Shown: positions 12,545 to 25,865, counted from the first letter of the stretch. The stretch is 64,000 bases of DNA from Octopus sinensis (GCF_006345805.1 NC_043002.1:57412001-57476000), one strand, 5' to 3'. The notes: generated from the letters alone by a model not told the origin. Numbers and translations: made by a program.

Positions 12545-12818
12545 TTCGTTCCTTCTCGAGCCATGCCTGGCTCATAAGGGTCGGTTTCCCCGGTTTCCTT
12601 GGCGTATAGGTTCCCCAACTGGATTGGATGCCGGTCCGTCGTAGGTGAGCTGCAAGATGCAGGAGGAAAGAGTGAGAGAAAGTTGTGGCGAAAGAGTCAG
12701 CAGAAGTTCGACATTACATTCTTTCGGAGCCGCATGAGCTTAGGTGTTTCGCTCATAAGCACAACACATCGCCCGATCTGAGTCCGCTGCTCTAACCACT
12801 AGTCCATGTGCCTCCACA
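12545..12818 (-). mobile_element. SINE with family C-type head and a different tail
   Basis: Head GTGGAGGCACATGGACTAGTGG..., shared CAACTTTCTCTCACTCTTTC block, distinct GAAACCGG-containing tail. Confidence 0.65.
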
Positions 12819-12819
12819 T

Positions 12820-12825
12820 GCATAT

Positions 12826-12876
<51 letters not shown>

Positions 12877-12907
12877 ATATAGTATATTATACTATATATA
12901 TGTAATG

Positions 12908-12980
<73 letters not shown>

Positions 12981-13247
12981 TATATACATATATATTATGT
13001 ATATATATATATACATATATATATACATGTATATATGTATATATATATATATATCATATATATATCATATATATATTATATGTCTATATATATGTTATAT
13101 ATATATATATATATATATGTAATATATTATATATATTTATATATATATGTATGTATATATAATATATGTATTATAGTGTATACTCCTGAATATATATATG
13201 CATTCAATGTATGTGTATAGTATATAACGTATATATATTATATATTA

Positions 13248-13295
<48 letters not shown>

Positions 13296-13540
13296 TTATA
13301 TATATATATATATATAGATATATATATCCTATATATTATATGTATGTATGTTGTAATGCATGTGCGCGTGTCTGTGTGTTTGTGTACGTGTGGTGTATAT
13401 ATAATATATATTAATATGTATATATATAGTAAATATATATATGCATATAGCTATGTATGTATATATATATATGTATGTATGTATGTATTAGTATGTATGT
13501 ATGTATGTATGTATACACACAAACACACAAGCGCACATGT
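12820..13540. repeat. Long imperfect (TA)n-rich tract (similar tracts at ~7010-7430, 14.7-15.4 kb, 18.2-18.9 kb)
   Basis: Direct reading. Confidence 0.95.
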
Positions 13541-13574
13541 ATGTATTAATGCAGTGAGTGTTATTATTTTCCAG

Positions 13575-13663
13575 TGTTTGATACGAACAATGGCCGAGGA
13601 CTGACTGCAGGAATTCCAGCCGGGTCAGTTGTGTATGTTGGCGGAACTGGCGAGAGAAAACTT
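13575..13663 (+). CDS. Candidate internal exon (phase 1 to 0): FDTNNGRGLTAGIPAGSVVYVGGTGERKL
   Basis: TTATTATTTTCCAG acceptor; GC-richer unique island among microsatellites; donor GTTTGT is weak. Confidence 0.55.
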
Positions 13664-14073
13664 GTTTGTCTACACCTCTTTCCCCATAACTCATTCGTTT
13701 TCAATCAATATAATACACTTTATTAATCTATATCCTATACACACACACACAAACATACACACACATGCACACATACATATACACATATTCACACATGCAC
13801 ATACACATAAATACGCACACACACATATATACATTCACACATAGACATGCATGTATATATACATATACGTGTTGTAATGTATCTCGCCCTCTGTCTGTCT
13901 GTCTTTCTGACTGTCTGCCTCTATATACATGTATATATGTATACACATATATATGTATAGGTATATGCATATATTCATATACGTGAATTTTTATTCATAT
14001 ACACAGTTGACATATGTGTGTATACACACACACACACACACACACACGCATATATATATATATTATATGTATG

Positions 14074-14128
<55 letters not shown>

Positions 14129-14810
14129 GTGTGTGTGTGTAGTCTGTATAAATACACATATACACATATTTATGTTTGTGTATATTTCACACACTACAAA
14201 CGTGCAAAGGTATTTCTATCTGTTGCCAGTTCTCCCTCTCACTCTCTCTCTCTCTCTCTCTCTCCTCTCTTGTATCCTTTCTCCCTCTCTCATTCTCCCT
14301 CAATTTCTTCCTCCCTCTGTCACTCTTTCTGCTTCGCATAACACTTTTAAACAATCCACCTGTCTCTGTTTTCAATTTGATTACCTGTATATCAGGTGTT
14401 CCCATTATAGACATCAATTGCATGTGGACTTAAGCTTACACACATACACATAAATACATATACATACATACATGCATACATACATACATACATACATACA
14501 TACATACATACATACATACATACATACATACATACATACATGCATACATACATACATGTAATCTTGCATATAAACATACAATTTACTTGTAGGATTAAAC
14601 GTACATACATACAAATATATATATACATGTTTATACCGTATATGATTATATGTTCGTATCTTCATACAGTCTCCATCAAATTACACTATATAGTATATAT
14701 GTAACACATGTACATATATATATGTCTATATCTATAACTAATTGTATTTGTGTCATATTGTTTATGTCATGTAATATACTATTATTTATTGCATATATAT
14801 ATATATATAT

Positions 14811-14841
<31 letters not shown>

Positions 14842-15202
14842 CATACACCACACACACAACACACACACACACACATACACACTAGATATATATATATATA
14901 TAATGGCAATATATATGTACGTATATGTGTGTGAATATAGATACAAACATATATATACATATGCATATATACATACCACACACACATAACACACACACAC
15001 ACATATATATATATAAATATTTAAATGCTCTATATACGGCTGTATAAGCATTACTAAGTGAGAGTGTGCATGCGCCTGCGTCTCTCTATCTCTTCTATCT
15101 CTCTCTCTCTTTATATCTTGTGTGCTGCTCCTCTATATTCGGTATATATATATATATATATGATATATATATATATATATATCTTATATATACTACATAT
15201 CT

Positions 15203-15252
<50 letters not shown>

Positions 15253-15400
15253 TATACATATATATAATACTGTATGATATATTACATATATAATATCTTA
15301 TATCTCTATGATATATATACATAAATATATATATATATTTCTACATACATGTATATATGTATATATATACACATATATGTGTGTATATATATACATATTC

Positions 15401-15432
<32 letters not shown>

Positions 15433-15540
15433 TTACGCGAGTGTATATTTGTGTGTGTGTTTATGCATACATGCTTGTTTTGCTGTTTGTTGCTATTTAT
15501 TTTCCCATCTATTAGTATCTTGCTAACATTTCCTCTTCAG

Positions 15541-15576
15541 TTCGTTTCGGCCTTTGTTCGCCCGTTCACTATTTAC
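15541..15576 (+). CDS. Candidate 36-nt exon: FVSAFVRPFTIY (phase 0)
   Basis: Branch-point-like GCTAAC + TTTCCTCTTCAG acceptor, GTACGT donor. Confidence 0.5.
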
Positions 15577-16026
15577 GTACGTGCGCCTGTGAAAAAAACG
15601 GATTCAAGTTTGCGTGAAACACGTGAAAAACTCAATAAATTTGTATTCCTTTATTTACTTCTTTATTTACATATTTAATTGTTTATTTTCTTTGTTTCCT
15701 CGCTTTGCAAATCATTTTTATTGACTTCGATCTAATAAATTTGAGTATTACATATGCAGATTGTTTGCTTATTTTTGGTCTTTCGTTAGTTTCGTATTTT
15801 GGTAATTTCTCTTTTGTACCGCTGCTATCGGTTGCTCTTTGCTGTCGCCGCTATGCAGCACTTGAGAGTCAATTGTTATAGATCAACAGAACAAAAGGAG
15901 ATAAAGTAATCGCATGTACATACATACATTCATACGTACTTACGTATATATTTCATTAGCTATAAATTCCATGTACTCGTATATAAAGCGTGTTGCATAC
16001 TTCTGTGCCTTTTCCAACTTTATTTA

Positions 16027-16190
16027 CAGGCGTGGCCGTGTGGTATGAAGCTTGCTTCCCAACCACATGATTCCGGGTTCAGTCTCACTAAGTGGTACCT
16101 TGGGCAAGTGTCTTCTGCCGACCAAAGCCTTGTGAGTGGATTTGTTAGACGGAAACTGAAAGAATCTCGGCGTATATATATATATATTAG
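16027..16190 (+). mobile_element. SINE family B head, abutting a family C copy
   Basis: CAGGCGTGGCCGTGTGGTATGAAG...GGGTTCAGTCTC. Confidence 0.75.
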
Positions 16191-16510
16191 ACGACGAAGG
16201 TTCCAGTTGATCCGATCAACAGAACAGCCTGCTTCGTGAAATTAACGTATAAGTGGCTCAGCACTCGACAGACACGTGTACCTTTAACATGACACAGTGT
16301 GTGACAAGGCTGGCCCCTTGAGATACAGGTACAACAGAAACAGGAAGAAAGAGTGAGAGAAAGTTGTGGCGAAAGCTGGTTTCCACACCACGCCCTGCCG
16401 GAACCTCGTGAAGCTTTAGGAATTTTCGCTCAGTAAACACTCACAACGATCGGTCTGGGAATCGAAACTGCGAGCCTATGACCATGAGTTCGCTGCCCTA
16501 ACCACATAAG
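16190..16510 (-). mobile_element. SINE family C
   Basis: Reverse complement of the 7437-7821 body. Confidence 0.8.
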
Positions 16511-17085
16511 TGGATATGTAAGTAAACAGATAGATAAATAGGTAGATAGACACACATGCACAGATGCACACATACATGCACAAAAAAAAACTGAAATACA
16601 CGACCATATACACACATATACAACACATAAACATGAAAATGCAAAATGCATACATACAAACGTACACACACAGATACATATGTATATGCACACACACACA
16701 CGCATACATACATACACACATCTCTCTCTCTCTCTCTCTCTCTCTATGTATATATATATATATATATATGCATACACACACGCATATACACTTACATACA
16801 TATACATATATACATGCATGCATACATACATACATACATACATACATAGATACATACATATGCATACATACATACATACATATATGTGTACACATGCACA
16901 CTGACGCACAAACAAACAAACAAACAAAAATAACGCTGCTCGGATAAAAGACAGAGCCAACGACTATTGAAAAGGTTGCAAGACGCAACGAAAAGTTTTA
17001 GAAAAAATTAAATGATTGGAAATCGAACCGTGAATATGTTAAATAGTAAAGCATTAAAGCCCAATGACTCTCCCCTGACACAATC

Positions 17086-17135
<50 letters not shown>

Positions 17136-17140
17136 ATTAT

Positions 17141-17296
17141 TTCTTTACTACCCACAAGGGGCTAAACACAGAGGGGACAAACATGGACAGACAAAGAGAT
17201 TAAGTCGATTACATCGACCCCAGTGCGTAACTGATACTTAATTTATCGACTCCGAAACGATGAAAGGCAAAGTCGACCTCTGCGGAATTTGAACTC
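17141..17296 (-). mobile_element. SINE family A, 3' part
   Basis: Reverse complement of 17643-17798. Confidence 0.85.
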
Positions 17297-17411
17297 GGAA
17301 CTTTTATGCTTCTTTTTCTTCTCTCTCTTCATCTCCTTATTCCTTTACTCCTGTCCTCTATGTCGTCATTTCATTAATCTATACACTTCTCATTTTCCCT
17401 ATTTGTCTCAG

Positions 17412-17453
17412 CTGACGGAATATCCCATTCTCTGGGATATCCCAGAAACAGCC
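17412..17453 (+). CDS. Candidate 42-nt exon: LTEYPILWDIPETA (phase 0; also open in phase 1)
   Basis: Long pyrimidine tract ...TTTCCCTATTTGTCTCAG acceptor, GTAAGA donor. Confidence 0.55.
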
Positions 17454-17535
17454 GTAAGACTTTGAATTTTTCCAATAATAATATGTATGACTTGTGATGT
17501 TTGTCTTAAAATGTGTTGTCCTCTTTAACAATTAT

Positions 17536-17577
<42 letters not shown>

Positions 17578-17579
<2 letters not shown>

Positions 17580-17970
17580 GGCAGAATCGTTAGCACGCGC
17601 CGGGCGAAATGCGTAGCCGTATTTCGTCTGCCGTTACGTTCTGAGTTCAAATTCCGTCGAGGTCGACTTTGCCTTTCATCCTTTCGGGGTCGATAAATTA
17701 AGTATCAGTTACGCACTGGGGCCGATGTAATCGACTTAATCCGTTTGTCTGTCCTTGTTTGTCCCCTCTATGTTCAGCCCCTTGTGGGTAGTAAAGAAAT
17801 TGGTATTTCGTCTGCCGTTACGTTCTGAGTTCAAATTCCGCCGAGGTCGACTTTGCCTTTCATCCTTTCGAGGTCGATAACTTAAGTACCAGTTACGCAC
17901 TGGGGTCGATGTAATCGACTTCATCTTTTTGTCTGTCCTTGTCTACCCCTCTATGTTTAGCCTCCAAAAT
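17578..17970 (+). mobile_element. SINE family A with two tandem body units
   Basis: Head, unit, then restart at GGTATTTCGTCTGCC after GTAAAGAAATT. Confidence 0.85.
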
Positions 17971-18465
17971 AGAAGTAGTAGTAGTAATAGTAGTAGTAGT
18001 AGTAGTAGTTAATATCATTGTTGTTGGTTGTGCTAATGTATCACCGTTAAGACAACTAATCCATCAATAATCTCAATTGGAGGAATCTAATTCCTTTTCT
18101 CTTGATTGTATTTCAGAGGTTTATATGAGTGTTTTTTTTTTTTATTTAAATAAAAAATTGGTTTTGTTTCTTTTAATTTACTCAAGAATAGACCTTAATG
18201 CTCTTTTTCTCTTTCTAATCATATATGTATATATATATCTGTGTGTGTGTGTGTGTGTGCGTGTGTGTGCGTGTATGTATGTATGTATGTATGAATGCTT
18301 GTATGTATATGTATATATATATGTATGTATGTTTATATGCATGTGTATATATATGTATGAGCATATATTTATATATATACATATGTATGTGTTTATATAT
18401 TAATATATATATGTATGCATATATATATATATATATGTATCTGTGTATATATATATGTATTTATG

Positions 18466-18520
<55 letters not shown>

Positions 18521-18770
18521 GTATATGTATATATAACACTTACCATTTCTCGCCCATATTCCCATTTCGCTTCCTTTCTCTCCTCCCTTCTCCTAATTTC
18601 AGCATTTAATTAACTATCTATCAATTTCCATTCCTACTTTTTTTCTAAATCGATTCATTAAGTAATCAATATTATATATTCATTGTACCCTTCTCGCACT
18701 CCTTCTATTCCTCCCTATTTCTTCCTTTTCCATTTTTTCTCTCTCTCTCTCCGTCTGTTTCTCGCTCATC

Positions 18771-18806
<36 letters not shown>

Positions 18807-18824
18807 ATATATATATATACATAC

Positions 18825-18876
<52 letters not shown>

Positions 18877-18914
18877 ATATATATATATATATATATATAC
18901 GTACATATATATAT

Positions 18915-19142
18915 AAGGCAATTACAATGACTACAGAGATTATTACATCTGCATATCTTTTGTTTCTACAGTCAGTTATACAGCATACATGACTTAAATG
19001 TGTCCGACGCACGTTTCTGCTGTATAGACATCTCGCAATTGCATTTTCTCCTACTTACATTCATCTCGTCAGTAGTCTTTGCAGAAATATTGAAATAAAA
19101 ATATGCAGGCGTATAAATCTCTGTAGTCATTGTAATTGTCTT
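18915..19142. mobile_element. MITE with ~42-bp TIRs
   Basis: AAGGCAATTACAATGACTACAGAGATT...TGCATAT vs ATATGCA...AATCTCTGTAGTCATTGTAATTGTCTT. Confidence 0.75.
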
Positions 19143-19364
19143 GGATATACGCCCGGTAGACTATTTCTAATTCTGCGGAACAAACAGAAGGATTTGCCCA
19201 TCGTAGGCGAGACATTGCGAGTGTTTCTTACCACTCAATGCGGTTAGTCACAACTTTGATTATAACAGAGTGCTTGAACGGTAACCGCCTTTGATATTTT
19301 ATCCTCATTTATTCAGCACCCACTCACATACACATACACACACACTCCCAGATACACTCACACA

Positions 19365-19423
<59 letters not shown>

Positions 19424-19695
19424 TGAAAAGGTGTGATAAGAAGCAAAATTAATGGAACTTTTATGTTGGACAAACTACATACATACGTACGCACATACAT
19501 ACATAATGCATACATACGTACACACACACACACACGCACCCACACGAAATAAAATATTTATATAACTGACCGGTTTCGCTTGTACTAATCATAATTAAAA
19601 AAAATAGTGATAATGTTACAATTTCATGCTCTCATAAGTTTTCATTTCATATTCCATGTTAATAATGAAAGGAAACTTTGTGCGCGCGCGAGTGT

Positions 19696-19728
<33 letters not shown>

Positions 19729-20129
19729 GTTCCTATACTGTTCCTTTATAAGTTCGATTAATAAAACATGTACTCCATCCAGTGAGAGATAAATATCATT
19801 TAATGTACACAATAATTAAATAAGTGTTATTAATAGTAGCTCTTATTTAATTCTATGCCAACACGATAATTCGGCAGGCTTATTTAACGTGCGTCGTGCC
19901 TCAAAGCAATCTTTCAATATGTGTGTGTTTGTGTGTGAGTTTGTATGTGTGTCTATGCGTTCAAAAAGAATCCGACTTTATTTTTTTCCCGTCAAAACTA
20001 ATGCTGCGTGGACAAAATCCTTTGAGTGGAAAGTGGCAGTACTATTCCCACGCATGTGTAAACAATTTCGCGCCACTAGACCCCGTCCGTTCCCGGTTGT
20101 TACGCCTAATGTACAGATGTCTAATGTAG

Positions 20130-20262
20130 GTATGTCCTATTTTCGTTTTTATGCAAGATGAACGAACACATCGAATAGTAACCATAAACCCATATCTTAT
20201 CACCGATAATGATGGTCATCATGAAGTCTGGGTCGCGACCTGGACAGTCCACCGTGTCTTAA
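20130..20262 (+). CDS. Candidate exon VCPIFVFMQDERTHRIVTINPYLITDNDGHHEVWVATWTVHRVL (alternative acceptor gives start 20158)
   Basis: CTAATGTAG acceptor, GTGAGT donor; NDG-HH-V-xxTW resembles the LamG/pentraxin NDGxWHHVxVTW motif. Confidence 0.55.
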
Positions 20263-20577
20263 GTGAGTTGAATTTGCAGCTGCTCCTCCAGCATCTTGGA
20301 AGCGGTTGTACCACTCCTTGATCTAAGTTTTACCCACGACAACATCACCAAAACCTGCTGAATATTCTGTAATTTACCAACGCGAAAATGTTCATGCATT
20401 CACAGGAACGGTAGCGTCACCCTACGTGCAAATGATTTTTCCCACATGGCGTTAGTTTTATCGGGGAAAAGTAAATGAATATATTTGTAAATATATGAAT
20501 ACACACATGTATGCATATATATGTGTAAGTATATACATGTATAAATAAATAAATGTATACATACATACATACATACA

Positions 20578-20609
<32 letters not shown>

Positions 20610-20691
20610 CATACATACATGTATGTATGTATGTATGTATGTATGTATGTATGTATGTATGTATGTATGTGTTATATATATATATATATAT

Positions 20692-20728
<37 letters not shown>

Positions 20729-21084
20729 TGGCGAATTTTTGCTCCGCCTTCTTTTTCTCTTGGACTTTCATCTGTCTCCTGTTTCTGAAGAATGTATGTG
20801 TGTGTGTGTGTTTGTGTGTGTGTCTGTTTGTGTGTGCGTGCGCGCGCGCAATCGAAGTGGGATGTTTCATCTTTGTTCGCTTAGTATTTTGGTTTATTTT
20901 TTGATTTGGTTGAATCTTGGTTGTTTTTTTTGTTGGTTTTGTTTTCAGCGTTTTGACAGAAAAAAGTCATTCAAAAATTGTATTTTAACGCAAGCGTGCG
21001 CAAACAAGTCGAATGCTTTCACAGAGCAGGTTTTACAGCCACATCATCTAAATCGACCGGGTGAAACCGGGCTTAGCTGCTAGT

Positions 21085-22960
21085 ATATACCAGGCAAATA
21101 TATAAATATCCAAACGCCAGAAGACTTAACTTTAAGACCCATTGTAGCTGGGCCCGCCTGTGAAACCCACCGCCAAGGCAATTTTCTAGACATCCTACTG
21201 AAACCCTTGCTGAAATACATCAAATGTTTCATTAGAGATGATTTAGACATGCTAGAACACCTACCAAAAACAATTCATGAAGAGGCAATATTGGTTATCC
21301 TCGATGTTATCAATCTTTACACCAACATCCCCCATGATTATGGAATAAAAGCAATTATATTCTGGTTGGAAAAGTACCCCGAAGTACTCCCGGAACGCAT
21401 AAACCAGATCTTTATTATTGAATCCTTAAAATTTATACTTCAGAACAATTATTTCCTATTTGATGACACATACTATCGTTAGAAATGTGGAATTGCAATG
21501 GGAACGAAAGCAGCCTATATGAAGTATCACTTCAAAAATATGGTTACCCATTTTACCTCTACATAAGAGAAAATTGGAAGAGATACCTGGATGACTGCTT
21601 TATCATTTGGAAGGAGAACATTGACAAACCTTTGGATTTCAAATCAACACTAAATGATATAAATGGTAACATTCAATTCACAATCGAATATAACAAAGAA
21701 CAACTCCCATTTTTAGACATCATGATAAAAAAAGTCAACAATCAAATCATAACTGACATTTATTATAAGCCAACAGATTCAAAACAATATGTCCTCTTTA
21801 ACTCATGCCACCCGAAACATATCAAAATAAATATCCCTTTCAATTTGGCAAAAAGGATTTACACAATAGAGTTTGATAGAACAACTCGGGACCTTCGTCT
21901 TCAAGACCTCAAAACAACGCTTATTGAAAGACAATATCCACCCTCACTTATCGACTAGGGAATTAAATGTGCCAAACAATTAGACATAAAAACACTAAGA
22001 ACAACAAATCATAACACCACACCTCAAATCAAAACTGTACTGTTTATATCAACACACAACCCCAGAAACAGTGAGGCATTCAACACTATTGTGCAAAATC
22101 TTCCTTTACTAACTAGAGATCCAAAAATGAACGACATCCTGAAAACACACAAGCGCATCAAATCCAAAAAGCCAGACAAATCGTTAAAGAGACTACTAAC
22201 AAATGCGAAGCTTTACAAAACAACCACGAAACCAACTGTTAAAAAATGTGGACGTCCAACCTGTGGAACCTGCGCCAACCTACTTGAAGGCTCGGATTTC
22301 CTTTTCAAACAAGAGCAGAGGTTCACAATTAAAACTTGTTTCACTTGTGCCTCTGAGAACCTAATTTATGTAATAAACTGCTCGGGTTGTAGACACAACT
22401 ATATTGGACAAACGAGTATGGCCTTGAGAAAGAGAACCACTCTATATAAAGAGCAAATCCGCTTCCCGCAATACAGTCAAATTCCTCTCAGTGAACACAT
22501 AGAAAAATGTGCAGATAACATCAAATCAAATTTCACAGTCAAAGACACAATCTCCCCACAAGAACGTTTAAATAAAGAAACATTTTCATTGAAAATACAG
22601 AACACGTCTTAATATGCACGCATAACTAACTTCTATCTTTTTACATATTTCAATTCACGATTACATCATTGTACATAAATCTCATTAAACAAGGTTTTCA
22701 AAACTTGTTTTTGTCTGTACATATATATTCCCATCCCATTACCGAAAGCTGAACAGTTATCTCCCTTACCCACAACAATAACAATAATGATGATAACAAA
22801 TTACCTTCCCTTATTTTTCTACTTGTGAAGTCATTCATTCACTCGTAAATATCATCACACACAACATGGACAACTTCTCAAGAAAATACATATTCAAAAA
22901 AGTAAAACATAATATCATGAATAGCGATAGCAAAACCGGTCGATATTATTATTAAACTAA
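21085..22960 (+). mobile_element. Penelope-like element (RT + GIY-YIG endonuclease), 5'-truncated, inactivated
   Basis: LRPIVAGP, LDVINLYTNIPH, GIAMGTKAA, WKRYLDDCFIIW, LPFLDIMI, YYKPTDSKQY...SCHPKH, CGRPTCGTC linker, NLIYVINCSGCRHNYIGQT; stops, frameshifts and a deletion. Confidence 0.93.
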
Positions 22961-23467
22961 AAATTATATTAAAACTATGTAAGTATGCGTACTTTATTTT
23001 TTAATTTCTTATATATTTGTGTATGTGTGTGAGTGTGTGTATGTGTGTGTGTGTGTGCATGTGTGTGTTTGTGGCTGTGTGTGTGTTCGTGCTATGAATA
23101 CTGAGTCTGAGTGATTCGTAATTCTGCATTTTGAATAAATATTAAGAGTTTAATACGGAGTGACACTGTTATGTAGGGATGTGCATAAATACAAACTTGT
23201 TACCATTTCATTGCCGTTTATTCGAACCCGTAAGAAGACTTTCATTATATTTTGTCATGGAGAAAATGTTTCGCTGTAAATAAATCAGTGTAAATACACC
23301 AAATCAGTTCATAGCATCCTGTAACCTGACTGTTGGATGCACGTAATTCGGAACAGTTGTCTTCTCATCAGCCACAGACACCAGAAAGGGAGACACCACG
23401 AACAGACACGATACTTTTGCATGAATGTGTTGAGCACTCTCTGTCGTCGTCGTCGTAGTCGTCGTCG

Positions 23468-23522
<55 letters not shown>

Positions 23523-23889
23523 TATCATCATCATCATCATCAACAGCAGCAGCAGCAGCACACCACCACCACCACCATCACTGCCATCAACAAGAGTTTA
23601 TACAGTACGAGAATTGTAAACGCATTGGTATATCATGTTAAAGGATAATATAGAGAGAATTAGGGAGAAGGGTGAGAGAGTGAGGGAGTTGGGAAGAGAA
23701 TAAAGAACGAAATAGGTAACTGAAAGAGCGAGAAAGAGAGAGAAGGAGGGAGGGACAGAGGTAGAGAGAGAGAAGGGAGTCAAAAATAGAGGATAAGAGA
23801 GAGGAAATGAAAGATATACATATAGACATAGAGTGAGAAGGACGGGAAGAGGAAGAGAGAGGTGAACAGAGGGGAGAGAAAAACTGAGA

Positions 23890-23977
<88 letters not shown>

Positions 23978-24130
23978 AAGAGAGAGAGAGAATATGAAGA
24001 AGAAGGATAGAGAGGGTGAGAGAGGAAGAGAGAAGATGAGAGTGAATGAAAGAAGCTCTCTATTGAAATAAGAGTACATATGTAAAGTCTTCAATGGCGC
24101 TGACGAATTTGCTTTTTATATTTTTTTCAG

Positions 24131-24168
24131 CAACATCCTTCCTCATCAATATTGCACCTTTGCATTGA
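24131..24168 (+). CDS. Possible further or terminal exon of the plus-strand gene (TTSFLINIAPLH* if phase 1)
   Basis: GCTGAC branch-like site + TTTTTATATTTTTTTCAG acceptor; phase uncertain. Confidence 0.3.
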
Positions 24169-24245
24169 TTGGTTAAAATGTCGGCCAAGCCATGGTTTTT
24201 TTTCTTTCTCTGATTTTATTGCTTATCTTATCACTATTATTATTG

Positions 24246-24425
24246 GCAGAATTGTTAGCACGCCACACTCGTCGCTACGTTCTGAGTTCAAATTCTGCCG
24301 AGGCCGATTTTGCCTTTCATGCTTTCGCGGTCGATAAATTAAGTACCAGTCAAATACTGGGGTCGATATAATCGACTTACTACCTTCCCACAAATTTCAT
24401 GCCTTGTGCCTTTAGTAGAAAGGAT
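24246..24425 (+). mobile_element. SINE family A
   Basis: TGGCAGAATTGTTAG...CTGAGTTCAAATTCTGCC. Confidence 0.8.
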
Positions 24426-24811
24426 CATCATCATCATCATCATTACCACCACCACCACCACCACCAAACAATGCAAAGTAAATGCAAGGTAAATCACAAG
24501 AAAACAAATATGTGAATTAACGCAAACTTACCTTGTATTCAATATATCAGGGTTATGACCCCATTTTCAGGAAATTAACAAATGTTGCCGATGTGCGTGA
24601 GTGTAAGCGTGTGTGGAGTAGACATGTATGTATATATGCATATATATACATACATATATATTATATATATACATACATATATGTATATATACAATGTGGG
24701 AGGAGTTAGGAATCTAAATCGAAGGGGACAGACACTCACACAACTAGAGTTTTATATATATAGATATTCAACGCAATGCTTCATAGTAATTATTCCATAT
24801 ATATATATATA

Positions 24812-25079
24812 TATTCTTTTATTCTTTTACTTGTTTTAGTCATTTCGACTGTGGCCATACTGGAGCACTGCATTTTAGTCGGAGAAATACACCCCTGAAC
24901 TTATCCTTTGTAAGCTCGCTATTTATTCCATCGGTCTCTTAGGTCGAACCACTAAGTTACGGGTACGTAAACACACCAGCACCAAGCGATGTTGGGAGGA
25001 CAAACAGACACACAATCATACACACACTTACACATATATGTGTGTGTGTGTATATATATATATGTATATATATATATAC

Positions 25080-25166
<87 letters not shown>

Positions 25167-25651
25167 ATTATATGGGGATGACATGAAAATACCATCACCA
25201 GTGGTAAGCGAATTAACAGCCGCACAGGCAAAATAATAAAATATATACATACAATATTAGATATGTACATATATGCACAAAGGTACTACATTAGTACCTA
25301 TATCGCTAAAAATAGAAATCGAAAAATACTTCTGTATCACCGAATAGTTACAAATCTATTACAGACATAATAGGAAAAAATATCAGTGAACAATAATAAC
25401 GTCTTACCTCTACTGGGTCAGAACAAGTAAATGATGGTCAACCTGGTAACGGTTTCGAAATTAAGCGCCAAATAGGTGCCCGATTTCTCATTAATTTAGG
25501 TGACAGACTTTGGATGATGAGAAATCCAGCACCTATTTGGCGCTAAATTTCGAAACCGGTACTAAATTGACCAGCATTTACTTGTTCTGACTCAGTAGAG
25601 GTAAGACATTATTATTGTTCACTGATATTTTCCTATCATGTCTAATATATC

Positions 25652-25694
<43 letters not shown>

Positions 25695-25865
25695 CGACAG
25701 GCTTCTTTCAGTTGCCGTCTACCAAACTACCAAATCCACTCACAAGGCTTTGGTCGGCCTGAGGCTATATTAGAAGACACTTGGCCAAGGTGCCACACAG
25801 TGGACTGAACCCGGAACCATGTGGTTGGTAAGCAAGCTGCTTACCACACAGCTACTCCTGCGCCT
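24812..25865 (-). mobile_element. SINE family B split at its central microsatellite (tail 24812-25020, head 25693-25865)
   Basis: Both halves collinear; the intervening DNA is (TA)n plus a hairpin MITE. Confidence 0.75.
25357..25647. mobile_element. Fold-back MITE with ~135-bp arms
   Basis: ATATCAGTGAACAATAATAACGTCTTACCTCTACTG...GATTTCTCAT is mirrored by ATGAGAAATC...CAGTAGAGGTAAGACATTATTATTGTTCACTGATAT. Confidence 0.85.

Noticed and set aside
13575-20262. RecA/KaiC P-loop or NHL-propeller interpretation of the spliced peptide (GIPAGSVVYVGG; PYLITDNDG...HRV)
   Set aside because: No GKT/S Walker A, no repeated NHL periodicity; the EGF-end plus LamG motifs fit more segments, though this too is unconfirmed
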